Positions 18,230 through 28,596 are shown, counted from the first letter of the stretch. The stretch is 64,000 nt of DNA from Candidatus Gottesmanbacteria bacterium (GCA_023245335.1 JAHFKK010000001.1:299282-363281), one strand, 5' to 3'. Notes: generated by a model from the letters alone, not told the origin. Translations and numbers: made by a program.

Positions 18230-20224
18230 ATGGAAAAACCCGCACCGATGTTTGATCGATTCAACCGATATACGAAGACCGACTCATACGACCATGGACA
18301 AGGTGTCCAGTATAACGAGCGGATGATCGCCCGTGGGATTCCGGTGGTGAGTGACAAGAACGAGTCATCCGACAAACCGGTTTGGCGGGGGGACCATTCT
18401 TTTAACTCCGATGCTGCTTCGTATTCACTTATGCATTTCATAGAGCCGGAAGTTGCCTCCCAGCACCCGGACTGGGGCATAGAAAAGGTCAAAAAGGAAG
18501 CGCGAAATAGATTTACCCGCAGACTCGCCCAAGATCTTTCGTATGAAAATAGAGAAAACGATCATGAGGAAACCGTCGTCCAATGGCACCCGATAACAAC
18601 ATCAGACGGGTCGGTAGAGCTTGCGACAGAATACGGCGATGGGATGATTACGCTCAAGGAATTATGGAAACATACGAAAGAATATGCGGTGTTTGTCGGT
18701 AAACCCGAGGCATATAACCAGGAGGAAGAACGCGTGCAGCTTACTATGCAGGATGCGTTTGTCCGCGGCTCGTCGACGGGATTTGTGAGCGTCATAAGTC
18801 ATCCCGATGCCGTTCGGTATGTGCAGGTTTGGGAGAAAGCGCCTGACGGGGAAATTACATCAAAGCAAGTGGATCTTTTTTCGACAACCGGGAGAGATTT
18901 TTCGAAGGAAGAAAGTGAGAGGCTCATAGAGCATCTTGCAGTTTTTGACGGACACACGTCAATCGATGTCCGGCTGCCGGATTCGTCATATACGCATGTA
19001 TTTGTGGAGCGTGGTGCCGTCAAAGAACAAAATATTAGGATGATCGCTACGGCATTGGTGATGCAGCATGAGTATCATGCCGAAGCAGGTTTGTCAGAGT
19101 CGGTCATTCATATGCGGGATGCTCGACCCAAAGTCCGGGAAGCTGCGGACTCCATGGTGCTTTTAGGGCGGTTTCTGCATGATCACATATCAGAAACACT
19201 TGATAGGCTCAAAAATATAGACAGTAAAAAAGCGCCAAAGGATGCTGTCCCGATACATCCTGCGAGCAGGCGACCGCTTGAGCATCGAATCAAGAGAGGG
19301 CAAATATCCGCCGCGGAATCCATACTGCATGTCATATCCAGGTCCGAACAGTCACCCAAGAGAAGGATAGAGAGGGGTGAAAAACCCGTACACGCGGCTA
19401 TGGCGGAATGGTTTATATCGCAAACAATAGTTACAAATAGCAGGGATCTTCCGGCAGGACCGCATGCCGCTCTCTATTGGTTTAGTCTGCTCGAAGAGCG
19501 TGAAAGTCTCCAGTCGAGAGCGCCGTCTTTTGTAGATAAGCCAACTACGGAAACCCAAGTTGCCACATCACCGAACGTTTCTCCGTTAAAACATATTTGG
19601 GAGACCGTTTTTTTTGGGTTGCGACAAATACTTGCGCCCGGACGAAACGGGGAGACCATACTGACGAAAAAGAAAGATAGCGTGACAAAGAAAATAAAGC
19701 CGTCCGGGAACGAAGCATCTCGGCGACTCATACGGGCGCCGGAGCTATTACAGGTGTTCTTTCGTGGGGTACGTGATCGTTTTCAGAAGTTTATTCACGT
19801 TCCCTTGTACGTCAGGGAAGCCGCTCGAGTGATCGGTGTACCAAATCAGAATACAGAACTTCCGTTTGTGCCAAAAGAGAATAGAGAACTGCCGGCCGTG
19901 TATGTAAAAAGTCTTGAGGTTGCATGGGTTGTCTGGTATATGCTCCGGGCAGACAGAACATCCTCCGGGAAAGACGTGCCAGCACGAAATAGCGTAGGGA
20001 AAATTCCGTTATTGGTTCGTCGTGAAGTCCGAGCTACGGATCACCATGAAGAAGAAACTATGTGGGTGCTCCTTGGGATCATACGATACCTTACTCTTTT
20101 ACGGGAATCAGGGAGGGGAGGGCACATACAGGGAGTCCGGGCTAAACGGAATAAAGCGCGTCAGGCGTTGGGCTTCCGTACGATTTCCCGTGCCCGGGCC
20201 ATAATATTTACGATCGCTTCATGA
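18230..20224 (+). CDS. Hypothetical protein (664 aa)
   Basis: Long ORF, acidic N-terminal half and basic low-complexity C-terminal half; no motif recognised. Confidence 0.7.
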   Translation: MEKPAPMFDRFNRYTKTDSYDHGQGVQYNERMIARGIPVVSDKNESSDKPVWRGDHSFNSDAASYSLMHFIEPEVASQHPDWGIEKVKKEARNRFTRRLAQDLSYENRENDHEETVVQWHPITTSDGSVELATEYGDGMITLKELWKHTKEYAVFVGKPEAYNQEEERVQLTMQDAFVRGSSTGFVSVISHPDAVRYVQVWEKAPDGEITSKQVDLFSTTGRDFSKEESERLIEHLAVFDGHTSIDVRLPDSSYTHVFVERGAVKEQNIRMIATALVMQHEYHAEAGLSESVIHMRDARPKVREAADSMVLLGRFLHDHISETLDRLKNIDSKKAPKDAVPIHPASRRPLEHRIKRGQISAAESILHVISRSEQSPKRRIERGEKPVHAAMAEWFISQTIVTNSRDLPAGPHAALYWFSLLEERESLQSRAPSFVDKPTTETQVATSPNVSPLKHIWETVFFGLRQILAPGRNGETILTKKKDSVTKKIKPSGNEASRRLIRAPELLQVFFRGVRDRFQKFIHVPLYVREAARVIGVPNQNTELPFVPKENRELPAVYVKSLEVAWVVWYMLRADRTSSGKDVPARNSVGKIPLLVRREVRATDHHEEETMWVLLGIIRYLTLLRESGRGGHIQGVRAKRNKARQALGFRTISRARAIIFTIAS

Positions 20225-20228
20225 TAGA

Positions 20229-20681
20229 ATGAAATTAATGACTGATACACTGCCCCAATCAAATCCGGCATCACCAAATCCTCCCCCGGGAGCGGTGCCG
20301 CAGCCGACAAGCGGCAGCATGGCGAAAGAAACAGGCCCGCATATCAGCTTCGTGGAAGCCCCGCTGGTGACTGAAGTAGGTCAGGAGACGCCTCTTTCGG
20401 ATGAAGTCGCAAAGGCTGGCGTGACGATCCGACCAACGACCGTGACTCTCCCGCCCTCCGTCCAAAAGCTGGGGGTGAAGGTGCTAGGTGAGGGGACTCC
20501 TGCGTCCGCGTCAAAGACCGCTACCCCGCTTCCTTTGACCGATGATCAGATTGCGACCGGATTACATCAGAGCATCAAAAGTTCGTGGCGGTGGCTTGCG
20601 GAATGGTGCGTCCGTCAGTTAAAACAGGCACATGTCCTGCTGAAGTCATTTCATGGAAAAATCGTGCGGCTCGATGAGTGA
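20229..20681 (+). CDS. Hypothetical protein, Pro-rich N-terminus (alternative start 20238)
   Basis: ORF directly upstream of the VirD4-like ATPase; C-terminal PLTDDQI...SWRWLAEWC.RQLK. Confidence 0.75.
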   Translation: MKLMTDTLPQSNPASPNPPPGAVPQPTSGSMAKETGPHISFVEAPLVTEVGQETPLSDEVAKAGVTIRPTTVTLPPSVQKLGVKVLGEGTPASASKTATPLPLTDDQIATGLHQSIKSSWRWLAEWCVRQLKQAHVLLKSFHGKIVRLDE

Positions 20682-20708
20682 GCGGCCGGTCTTTAAATTA
20701 TTTGTCTT

Positions 20709-23060
20709 ATGCCAATAGAATTTGCAGATATCATCTATCGGTTAGAAGTGTTGGGCGTGGTGTTGGTTATTTTGACTATGTGCGTGGTCGGACTTGCCGT
20801 GGTCGCGTACGTCGTTTTCCTCTTCTGGAAATATCGCGATCGCGAGAAACGATCACTTGATTATGTCCTCATGCAGATAGCTACTCCCCGTGACAATGAA
20901 ATAAAGATTGATGCCGCCGAGCAGTTATTTGCCAGTCTTTCCGCGATCCGTCACGGAGGGTTCTGGTCGTTTCTGAAGCCGCAGGAGCATATGTCGTTTG
21001 AAATCGTTGCGAAACGGGAAGATATCAGATTTTATGTGGCGGTACCCAAGCATTTGGTTGACCTCGTTGAGAAACAGATCCACGGGTCGTATCCGGGCGC
21101 TGATGTGAAGCAAGTCGATGAATACAATATTTTTAGTGAAAAGGGTAAGGTCGCATTTGCGGCACTTATTCCCAAAAATTCCGACTATCTGCCGATCCGC
21201 ACGTACCGTGATTTACCTGTTGACCCATTGTCCTCGCTTACCTCGAACCTTGCGAAGATGGGTGAGGATGAGGGGGCTGCCATACAAATCCTCATCCAGC
21301 CCGCAGACAGTAAATGGAGTAGTTTGGGTCGATCGTATATAGCCAAAACCAAAAAGAATGAAGCGAATCCTGAAAAAGCGAGTTTCAAAGTAGACCCGAA
21401 GACGCTTGAATCCATCGAACAAAAAACGTCGAAACCCGGATTTAATACCGTCATTCGTTTGGTCGTCAACGCCGCCACAAAAGAAGCCGCCGACGCGAAT
21501 CTGGAGAACCTCGAGACGTCATTTCATCAGTTCACATCTGATCATAATCATTTTTCCAAAGTGAAACATCCGTTAAAAAAGTTTTTTATGATAGATTTCG
21601 TATATCGGTATTTCCCAATTGCAAATTTCCCGTTTTTCAAGCAGTACGGCGTCCTCAACAGTGACGAGCTGGCATCAATTTATCATCTGCCGAATAAATT
21701 GATTGAGACCGCGCATATTTTTTGGCTGAATGCCAAGCGGGCTCCCGCTCCAATGCAGATTCCGTCGAGCGGGTTATTTTTGGGCGTGTCCCGGTATAGG
21801 GGCGTCGACCGGCCGATATTTGTGAGTGATGAAGACCGGAGGCGCCATCTTTATGTCATAGGGAAAACGGGTACCGGAAAATCACAACTCTTGGAAGAGT
21901 TGGTGCTACAGGACATGAGAGCGGGAAAGGGACTCGCGGTCATAGATCCGCACGGAGACCTTATCGAAGGAATACTGGAGCGCATGCCTGCCGAACGGGC
22001 AGAGGATGTCATCTATTTTGATCCTTCCGATACCGACCGTCCCGTGGGACTCAATATGATCGAGAGTCATAGTGAACAGGAGATGCATTTTGTGGCGACG
22101 TCCATCGTCGGACTCATGTACAAACTGTTCGACCCGATGAAAACCGGCATCATCGGTCCCCGATTCGAGCATGCGATACGAAATGCCATATTGACGGTAC
22201 TTCAGGCGATGTCCGGGGGTACGTTTATTGAAGTCGTTCAGGTATTACAGCGGCCTGACTTTGTGCAGGAACTTCTGCCCCGGGTGTCGGATCCTATCGT
22301 CCGCCGGTACTGGACCGATCAGATCGCCCAGACGGCGGATTTCCACAAATCCGAAGTTCTGGACTACATCGTTTCCAAATTCGGCAGATTCATTACCAAT
22401 AAACTCATGCGTAATATCATCGGACAATCACAGTCGACACTCGATTTCCGTAAAGCGATGGATGACGGCAAGATACTGCTGGTCAACCTCGCCAAAGGAA
22501 AACTTGGGGAAGAAAACAGTAACTTTTTGGGGCTTATCCTCGTGCCGAAAATATTGATTGCCGCCATGAGCAGGCAGGATATACCGGAAGAAAAGCGTCG
22601 TGATTTCTATCTCTATGTCGATGAGTTCCAAAACTTCGCCACCCCTGATTTCGCGCAAATACTTTCCGAGGCCCGGAAATACCGCTTGAACCTGATCGTC
22701 GCAAACCAATTTATCGGTCAGATGGAAGAAGAGGTAAAAAATGCGGTTTTCGGAAATGTGGGAACGCTTATCACATTCCGTATCGGAGTGACGGATGCCA
22801 ATTACATTCAGCACGAATATACACCGACGTTTAATGAGACCGATCTTATCAACATTGATAAATATAATGCCTATGTCAAAACGATTGTCCACAACGAACC
22901 GGTGAAGCCGTTTAGCATTGATCTCACGAAAGATATGTCAAAAGTTATGGAAACACAGAATCTTGAAGTGGCCAAAGCAGTGGTTCAGTTATCCCGCCTC
23001 AAATACGGGAAGCCGAGGGAACTTGTGGAAGCGGAGATTACCGAACGTGCGAGACTATAA
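20709..23060 (+). CDS. VirD4/TraG/TraD-like coupling ATPase (FtsK-HerA superfamily)
   Basis: N-terminal TM, Walker A GKTGTGKS, IDPHGD, Walker B LYVDEFQN, EARKY, ANQ. Confidence 0.9.
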   Translation: MPIEFADIIYRLEVLGVVLVILTMCVVGLAVVAYVVFLFWKYRDREKRSLDYVLMQIATPRDNEIKIDAAEQLFASLSAIRHGGFWSFLKPQEHMSFEIVAKREDIRFYVAVPKHLVDLVEKQIHGSYPGADVKQVDEYNIFSEKGKVAFAALIPKNSDYLPIRTYRDLPVDPLSSLTSNLAKMGEDEGAAIQILIQPADSKWSSLGRSYIAKTKKNEANPEKASFKVDPKTLESIEQKTSKPGFNTVIRLVVNAATKEAADANLENLETSFHQFTSDHNHFSKVKHPLKKFFMIDFVYRYFPIANFPFFKQYGVLNSDELASIYHLPNKLIETAHIFWLNAKRAPAPMQIPSSGLFLGVSRYRGVDRPIFVSDEDRRRHLYVIGKTGTGKSQLLEELVLQDMRAGKGLAVIDPHGDLIEGILERMPAERAEDVIYFDPSDTDRPVGLNMIESHSEQEMHFVATSIVGLMYKLFDPMKTGIIGPRFEHAIRNAILTVLQAMSGGTFIEVVQVLQRPDFVQELLPRVSDPIVRRYWTDQIAQTADFHKSEVLDYIVSKFGRFITNKLMRNIIGQSQSTLDFRKAMDDGKILLVNLAKGKLGEENSNFLGLILVPKILIAAMSRQDIPEEKRRDFYLYVDEFQNFATPDFAQILSEARKYRLNLIVANQFIGQMEEEVKNAVFGNVGTLITFRIGVTDANYIQHEYTPTFNETDLINIDKYNAYVKTIVHNEPVKPFSIDLTKDMSKVMETQNLEVAKAVVQLSRLKYGKPRELVEAEITERARL

Positions 23061-23147
23061 CCCGCGTATTTTTTCTGGATTTTCTCTCTTTACATTACCC
23101 AAAAATCGTGTAAGCTCACTAAGTATTCTTATATATTTTTCTCCTGC

Positions 23148-24542
23148 ATGAATGGAATAACGGCAGACGCGTCACTGGAAAAAAAACATAACGTAGTTGT
23201 TTACGTTTTTAACATGTCGGAGGATGTCTGGCCGTTTATTTCCTCCATGTCGGATGCGAATGCCCGGTCCGCGGAAATTGTAGAAAACGCATACCTTGGG
23301 GACTCGCGCATGTTTCAGTTTGCGGGTGAGGACAGTGATGTCCTCTATATCACACCGCAGGCCGTGAGTGAATACTTCCTCGAATATTTCCATTCGTTAT
23401 TTCCTCATACCAATCTGACCGTTTTGACCACAGGACAGCATAGCGGTGTCATATGCGAGGATATGCTCCATGATCCATCTATCATGAATGCGTTGGTTGA
23501 GGCCGCCAATTCATCCAAGAAACTTATAATCACAAGTTACGCGGTAACGCAGCCGTTTCTCCAGTTAGTGAGAGCGCTTCGGGAGAAGGGGTTGACAGTC
23601 GTCACTCCGGAAGCACCGGATGAAGAAGATGCATGGACGGTAAATTTTTTCGGCAGTAAGTCGGGCATACGGCAGCTTGCGCAACAAAGTGAACATGAAG
23701 AACCGGATTTTCAGATGGCAGACGGCGTCATTTGTTTTGGTATAGAGGATGCCTCCAAGATTGCTGCCATCCGGTACGTGAAGGAACAGGGAGTGGTCAT
23801 AAAGACCAACAAGGGCCATTCCGGTATGGGAGTCGAGATATTCCGTCCCGGGGATTTACCCGGGGACTTTCATGCATGCCAGGCGAAGATTTATTCATTA
23901 CTTGAGAAAGATGCATATTGGCAGAAGTTTCCGATTGTTATAGAAAAGCTTATCCTGGTGAGTAACACGGTTGCCGGCGGGAATCCGAACGTGGAGTTTA
24001 AAATCAGCCGGAACGGACGCATTGATTTTCTTTATCACTGTGGTGTGTTGGTCACAAAAGACGGCGTGTTTCACGGCATAGAGGTGGGGCATGACATCAT
24101 GCCGGAACGGGTAGCGGCCCGAATCAAGGATACGGGTTTCTATATAGCGGAACGATTTGCCGCAGCCGGATACCGCGGATATTTTGACGTTGATTATGTC
24201 GCGGGGAGAAACGGCGAAGTGTATGTCGCCGAGTCAAACGTCAGAAGTACCGGCGGCACATTTGTGTATACGACGGCTGTTGCTCTCTTCGGTGAAAACT
24301 TCATGTTCGACACGTATTTATTTTCCAATAACGGGTATATGATCCCGCATCTGAAGCAACTTACATTCGAGAAGCTTATGGAGCGGCTTTCTCCGGTGCT
24401 TTTTAGTAACCAAACCAAAGAGGGAATAGTCCTCACGTCAGAGAACCTGCTGCGGATGCAAAAATTTTCGTTCATTATCTTTGCACCGACCAAAAAGCGC
24501 GCCTACGAAATTGAGGCTTCCATGGAGTCGCTCCTCAAATAA
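23148..24542 (+). CDS. ATP-grasp fold ligase with pre-ATP-grasp domain
   Basis: VIKTNKGHSGMG, IVIEK, GYFDVD, ESNVR.TGG ATP-grasp motifs. Confidence 0.75.
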   Translation: MNGITADASLEKKHNVVVYVFNMSEDVWPFISSMSDANARSAEIVENAYLGDSRMFQFAGEDSDVLYITPQAVSEYFLEYFHSLFPHTNLTVLTTGQHSGVICEDMLHDPSIMNALVEAANSSKKLIITSYAVTQPFLQLVRALREKGLTVVTPEAPDEEDAWTVNFFGSKSGIRQLAQQSEHEEPDFQMADGVICFGIEDASKIAAIRYVKEQGVVIKTNKGHSGMGVEIFRPGDLPGDFHACQAKIYSLLEKDAYWQKFPIVIEKLILVSNTVAGGNPNVEFKISRNGRIDFLYHCGVLVTKDGVFHGIEVGHDIMPERVAARIKDTGFYIAERFAAAGYRGYFDVDYVAGRNGEVYVAESNVRSTGGTFVYTTAVALFGENFMFDTYLFSNNGYMIPHLKQLTFEKLMERLSPVLFSNQTKEGIVLTSENLLRMQKFSFIIFAPTKKRAYEIEASMESLLK

Positions 24543-24576
24543 GAGACCCGGATTTTGGTATAATAAGGCTCGTATT

Positions 24577-24648
24577 GGGCGCGTAGCTCAGTGGTAGAGC
24601 GCTACTCTTATAAAGTAGATGTCCTTGGTCCGATCCCAAGCGCGCCCA
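24577..24648 (+). tRNA. tRNA-Ile (anticodon UAU)
   Basis: Acceptor GGGCGCG/CGCGCCC, discriminator A; D arm GCTC-AGTGGTA-GAGC; anticodon stem CTACT/AGTAG, loop CT-TAT-AA; T arm CTTGG-TCCGATC-CCAAG; no encoded CCA; TGGTATAAT extended -10 upstream. Confidence 0.92.
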
Positions 24649-24688
24649 CAAATAGTTGGTACCATTAACACATTAACGAAAGAAAGAA

Positions 24689-25237
24689 ATGTCTGAATTC
24701 GTCGTATTAGTAGATGAGAAGAATAATCCAATAGGCACTGCGGATAAAAATGCCGTGCATACGGAAAGTACTCCACTGCATCGCGGATTTTCACTTTTCG
24801 TATTCAATTCCAAACGGCAATTTTTGCTTACGAAACGGGCGTCAACGAAAAAAACATTTCCCGGAGTATGGACGAATACGGTCTGCGGACACCCGGCGCC
24901 TGAAGAATCGGTGACGGAAGCGGCCTCGCGAAGATTGCGTGACGAACTGGGGATTACCGGGGTAGATGTACAGGAGCTTGCGCCATATCGGTACCGGGTT
25001 GCCGACCAAAACGGTATCGTAGAAAACGAAATATGCCCGATCCTGGTGGGACAGTATCAGGGAGATCCTGTGCCGGTCTCCGGCGAGGTTGAAGACTGGA
25101 AATGGGTAGACTGGAATGAATTCCTGCGGGAGATTCACGATAATCCTATGGCGTACTCACCCTGGAGTGTTGCGGAAGCAAAGATCCTCGCCCGGAGCCA
25201 GCTTCAGCTTATTGATAGGGCCCCACGTGCGGTTTAG
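24689..25237 (+). CDS. idi: Isopentenyl-diphosphate delta-isomerase type 1
   Basis: LHRGFS, WTNTVCGHP, ENEICP, SPW. Confidence 0.93.
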   Translation: MSEFVVLVDEKNNPIGTADKNAVHTESTPLHRGFSLFVFNSKRQFLLTKRASTKKTFPGVWTNTVCGHPAPEESVTEAASRRLRDELGITGVDVQELAPYRYRVADQNGIVENEICPILVGQYQGDPVPVSGEVEDWKWVDWNEFLREIHDNPMAYSPWSVAEAKILARSQLQLIDRAPRAV

Positions 25238-25292
25238 GGCGTCAGAACAACTAAAGTTGATTTATTCACCGTGTAAGAGTAGTATCCGAGGC

Positions 25293-25553
25293 ATGACAAC
25301 ACACTATGAAGGAAAGAGAGTGCCATTTAACGCTAAAGTAAGTGCATCCAATATACTTCTGAGTCCTGATCTTATCAAGATACATTCTTTGCCAGGTGGG
25401 GCTCTTTCCGTTATAGGAGAACATCTTAAACAGTATCATCAACTTAGAGAGGGAACACGAGCTTGGGTGAGTGGAAGGGCTCGACACCTCGCAGCTTGGT
25501 GTGCTGGCGATGCTTCACTTCCTGAGTTTAGCGCCGGAGATAATTCTCACTAA
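25293..25553 (+). CDS. Small hypothetical protein
   Basis: Fills the idi-tsaD gap; TAGTAT 7 nt before ATG; no motif. Confidence 0.35.
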   Translation: MTTHYEGKRVPFNAKVSASNILLSPDLIKIHSLPGGALSVIGEHLKQYHQLREGTRAWVSGRARHLAAWCAGDASLPEFSAGDNSH

Positions 25554-26587
25554 ATAGATTCAACTGACAGATCGGGCACCGCAGTGACCTTTCGCCACGG
25601 CGCCTTTTTACCCCGGAAATATGCATAGCTTGCAATATATGCTGCATTGTCTGTGCAGAGATTCACGGGAGGGACGAATAAGGGAATGGTCAAACGTTTG
25701 AAGTCCAGTTCTTCCCGGAACTTTTCCCGCAGACGAAGATTTGATGCGACACCTCCGGAAAGCAGAATAGATTTGACACCAATCCTCCCAGCCGCTTTGA
25801 GCGTCTTTTCGACGAGAAGGCCGGTGATTATTTCTTGCACCGCGTGCGCAAACGCGCCGACGGATGGTGAGGAGTGGTCCGTTTCTTTATTCCACTCGCG
25901 CCAGATGGCCGTTTTCAAACCGCTAAAGGAAAAGTTAAATTCGTTTTTGCCAAGCAGTATGGGATGGGGAAGAGGGACAGTGGGTTTTTGTCCGTGGTAG
26001 TCGGCGGCCGCTTCCTGTATCGCAAGTCCGCCGCCATGGCCGAATCCCAGAAGCCTCGCCGTTTTGTCGAAACATTCTCCCGCCGCGTCATCGAGTGTGC
26101 CGCCAAGCCATTTCAACTTTTTGGGCAATTCCATGAGATAGAGTTCGGTATGTCCTCCGGAGACGACCAGAGATATGGCGGGATACTGAATGCGAGACGA
26201 GTTATCAACAAAATTCGCATACATATGCGCCAATACGTGATTGACCGGGATAAGCGGCTTATCGGTGACTAATGCCATTGTCTTTGCCGTTTCCACTCCA
26301 ACTAGTAAGCTCCCGATAAGACCGGGGCCCTGAGTTACGGCAATAGCGTCAATGGTGTCGATGAGGTGATCTATGACAGACGATTCATCTTTGATGCCCG
26401 TTGCTTCCATGATGACCGGAATAACCGATTCCAGTTGGGCGCGTGCCGCAACTTCCGGAACAATGCCGCCATATTTTTCATGCATGTCTTTGGACGTGGC
26501 GACAGCGTTTCCCAATACGTGCACGCCGTCTTTTACGACAGCGGCTGCCGTTTCGTCACAGGATGATTCGATGGCAAGAATGTTCAT
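25550..26587 (-). CDS. tsaD: tRNA N6-threonylcarbamoyladenosine transferase TsaD
   Basis: IESSCDET, GGIVPEVA, HVLAH, VSGGHT, DDAAGECFDK, CTDNA. Confidence 0.96.
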   Translation of the reverse strand: MNILAIESSCDETAAAVVKDGVHVLGNAVATSKDMHEKYGGIVPEVAARAQLESVIPVIMEATGIKDESSVIDHLIDTIDAIAVTQGPGLIGSLLVGVETAKTMALVTDKPLIPVNHVLAHMYANFVDNSSRIQYPAISLVVSGGHTELYLMELPKKLKWLGGTLDDAAGECFDKTARLLGFGHGGGLAIQEAAADYHGQKPTVPLPHPILLGKNEFNFSFSGLKTAIWREWNKETDHSSPSVGAFAHAVQEIITGLLVEKTLKAAGRIGVKSILLSGGVASNLRLREKFREELDFKRLTIPLFVPPVNLCTDNAAYIASYAYFRGKKAPWRKVTAVPDLSVESI

Positions 26588-26596
26588 GCGGCTATT

Positions 26597-27037
26597 CTAC
26601 TCAAGCCCGAGAAGTTTCGCCAGTTGCGATGTCGACGGGGTAGAGATTTTTGGAATGACGGCAACGCGAGCATCTATCGTTGTGGCGTGCTGTTGTTTTT
26701 TTCCTATTACCGGATCGCCCTCGGTGACGGCGATGACGCCGGGGTGCACATCAGTTACGAGTTTGGCATACTCAGCATCTGATGTCATGGTCGGAAGAGA
26801 TATCACCTCATCAACACAGCTGAGTGCCGTCAGCATGGCTTTCCGTTGTGCTTGTGTGTGAATGGGACGTGCGTCGCCTTTCATGCGGCGGACGTTTTCG
26901 TCCGATTCCAATGCAACCACGAGATAGTCGCCCTGTTCTTTTGCTTTTTTCAGGAACTCTATATGTCCGAAATGCAAAAGGTCGAAACACCCGCCGACGA
27001 GTACTTTTTTCATACGTTCATTATTATCCTGTTTCAT
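26597..27037 (-). CDS. Cytidylyltransferase-family protein (RibL/TagD/RfaE-like)
   Basis: GCFDLLHFGH (HxGH), KG..RP, STS. Confidence 0.85.
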   Translation of the reverse strand: MKQDNNERMKKVLVGGCFDLLHFGHIEFLKKAKEQGDYLVVALESDENVRRMKGDARPIHTQAQRKAMLTALSCVDEVISLPTMTSDAEYAKLVTDVHPGVIAVTEGDPVIGKKQQHATTIDARVAVIPKISTPSTSQLAKLLGLE

Positions 27038-27083
27038 TATTCAGTGTGCAATAAATAAAAAAAATCATATTTTGAAAAAGAGC

Positions 27084-27150
27084 AGCAGCGGTTTATGTTC
27101 GGCTTAGCCGGACGCTGCGTCGAGAAAAAATCGAAGGTTTTGTCTCGAGA
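27084..27150. repeat. REP-like double hairpin between the VanW gene and the cytidylyltransferase gene
   Basis: GCAGCG...TCGGCT-TAGCCGG...CGCTGC followed by TCGAGAAAAAATC-GAA-GGTTTTGTCTCGA. Confidence 0.45.
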
Positions 27151-27155
27151 TTTTA

Positions 27156-28580
27156 TTAAACCTGCGGCCCCCGCAGGTATACTGCCTGCCAGGGTTGAAA
27201 GTTTGACGTAAATGTCTGGTTTTCCAGTACCTCACCCCCTCGTGTCACGGTGTACTGAAACGATGCTTTAGCGCCCCAGGCAGCAAAATCCACTTGTTTA
27301 ATTTTGCCGGGAGGCAAGGTAGGGTCGTCCTGATATAAATCCGGCGGGGGAGCTACTTGTCCATAGACCACCTGATTGGAAATGACGGCACTTCGTCCGT
27401 CGGACGTACCGTACAGCTCGAAAGTCAGGGTTAGGTTGGTTGTGTCGGTTTTGGTTTGTATGAGAATGTAGGATGCAGTGTCATTTTTGAATTTGAGATC
27501 GACCGATGGTGAAAAGACCGTAGCGTCGAGCCCGGCTTTAAATCCGCCCTCCTCGTAATAATGGACGCGATACGCATGCGCATGGCGTTCAACAATCGGA
27601 AGTCCTGCGTTGAGTGCCGCGCGAAATAGCGTGGTACTGACCTGACATACGCCTCCTCCGTCTCCCAAGACCGTATGTCCTTCTTTGATGATGTAGGCGG
27701 ATTGATATCCGGTAGCCGCGGAAATGTCTCCAACGGCGTTATCAAAAGAAAACGTTTCTCCCGGTGGGATGAGTACGCCGTTTAAGCGGGAGGCTGCAAG
27801 TTCCACATTATGAATTCTTCCCGGTATGGAACCCTGGAATTCGGAGTACCCGGTCGCGATCAATTCTTTGATGCCGTATGAATTAACCTGTGCCGTGGTG
27901 ACTGCGGGTTTCACTGTGTCGACCGGGACACTCACGATAATATGGAAGATAGGTGCGTGGGGAAGGGCGGCGACCGCTGCGTTAAACCTGTTTCTCGTCT
28001 CCATTTTATTGACAGCTCTGCCGTCTTTGGACAATCGGAATGCGGTTACCCTGCCGTTTTCGAAATGGAAAAGTGCATCCTGTACCGGTATATCGATATC
28101 CTGGGATAAGTTTTGTAGCGCCGTGTCGACCAGGTCCGTCTTCCATCGAAAATACGGTGTGAGGTTGGTGGGCCCGTGGAAAAATTTCATGACAGCATCG
28201 CTTAGCCAGTGGCCGCTTCTACCTATCGCATACGCTTGGGTCGCTGAAAGCGTTGCATCATAGCCCAAATCCATGTCTGCTCCCGAGACGGTCGCGACTT
28301 TGTCCTCGAATTTGAATTCAAAAACTGCACTGGCAAACGGAATATTTTGTGATTGCCAGTATGCCTCGACGTCCGCTGGTGTTTTACCGCCAAATGATAC
28401 CCCATCGATCGTGACGTTCGGATAGATTTTACCGTTATATTGTTGTTCAAATACGCCCAAACCGACTGCCCCGGCGAGGATGAGAACCAAAAAGCCGAGG
28501 GCTACGCTCATTATGATTCGTCGGGATGAAAACGATGCACGCGGGGTAGTGGAGTGATCGTGAGACATGATATGATACAT
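27156..28580 (-). CDS. VanW family protein with PG-binding-4-like domain
   Basis: N-terminal TM; RIHNV, FSFD..VG, GGGVCQVSTTLF, ERHAH, DATV, DLKFKN. Confidence 0.92.
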   Translation of the reverse strand: MYHIMSHDHSTTPRASFSSRRIIMSVALGFLVLILAGAVGLGVFEQQYNGKIYPNVTIDGVSFGGKTPADVEAYWQSQNIPFASAVFEFKFEDKVATVSGADMDLGYDATLSATQAYAIGRSGHWLSDAVMKFFHGPTNLTPYFRWKTDLVDTALQNLSQDIDIPVQDALFHFENGRVTAFRLSKDGRAVNKMETRNRFNAAVAALPHAPIFHIIVSVPVDTVKPAVTTAQVNSYGIKELIATGYSEFQGSIPGRIHNVELAASRLNGVLIPPGETFSFDNAVGDISAATGYQSAYIIKEGHTVLGDGGGVCQVSTTLFRAALNAGLPIVERHAHAYRVHYYEEGGFKAGLDATVFSPSVDLKFKNDTASYILIQTKTDTTNLTLTFELYGTSDGRSAVISNQVVYGQVAPPPDLYQDDPTLPPGKIKQVDFAAWGAKASFQYTVTRGGEVLENQTFTSNFQPWQAVYLRGPQV

Positions 28581-28596
28581 TGTATCCTAAACACCT

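Noticed and set aside
24588-24794. 68-aa minus ORF across the tRNA
   Set aside because: Overlaps a well-formed tRNA and idi
27156-28580. Vancomycin resistance locus
   Set aside because: VanW-domain protein is alone; no vanA/B/H/X/R/S genes in the window
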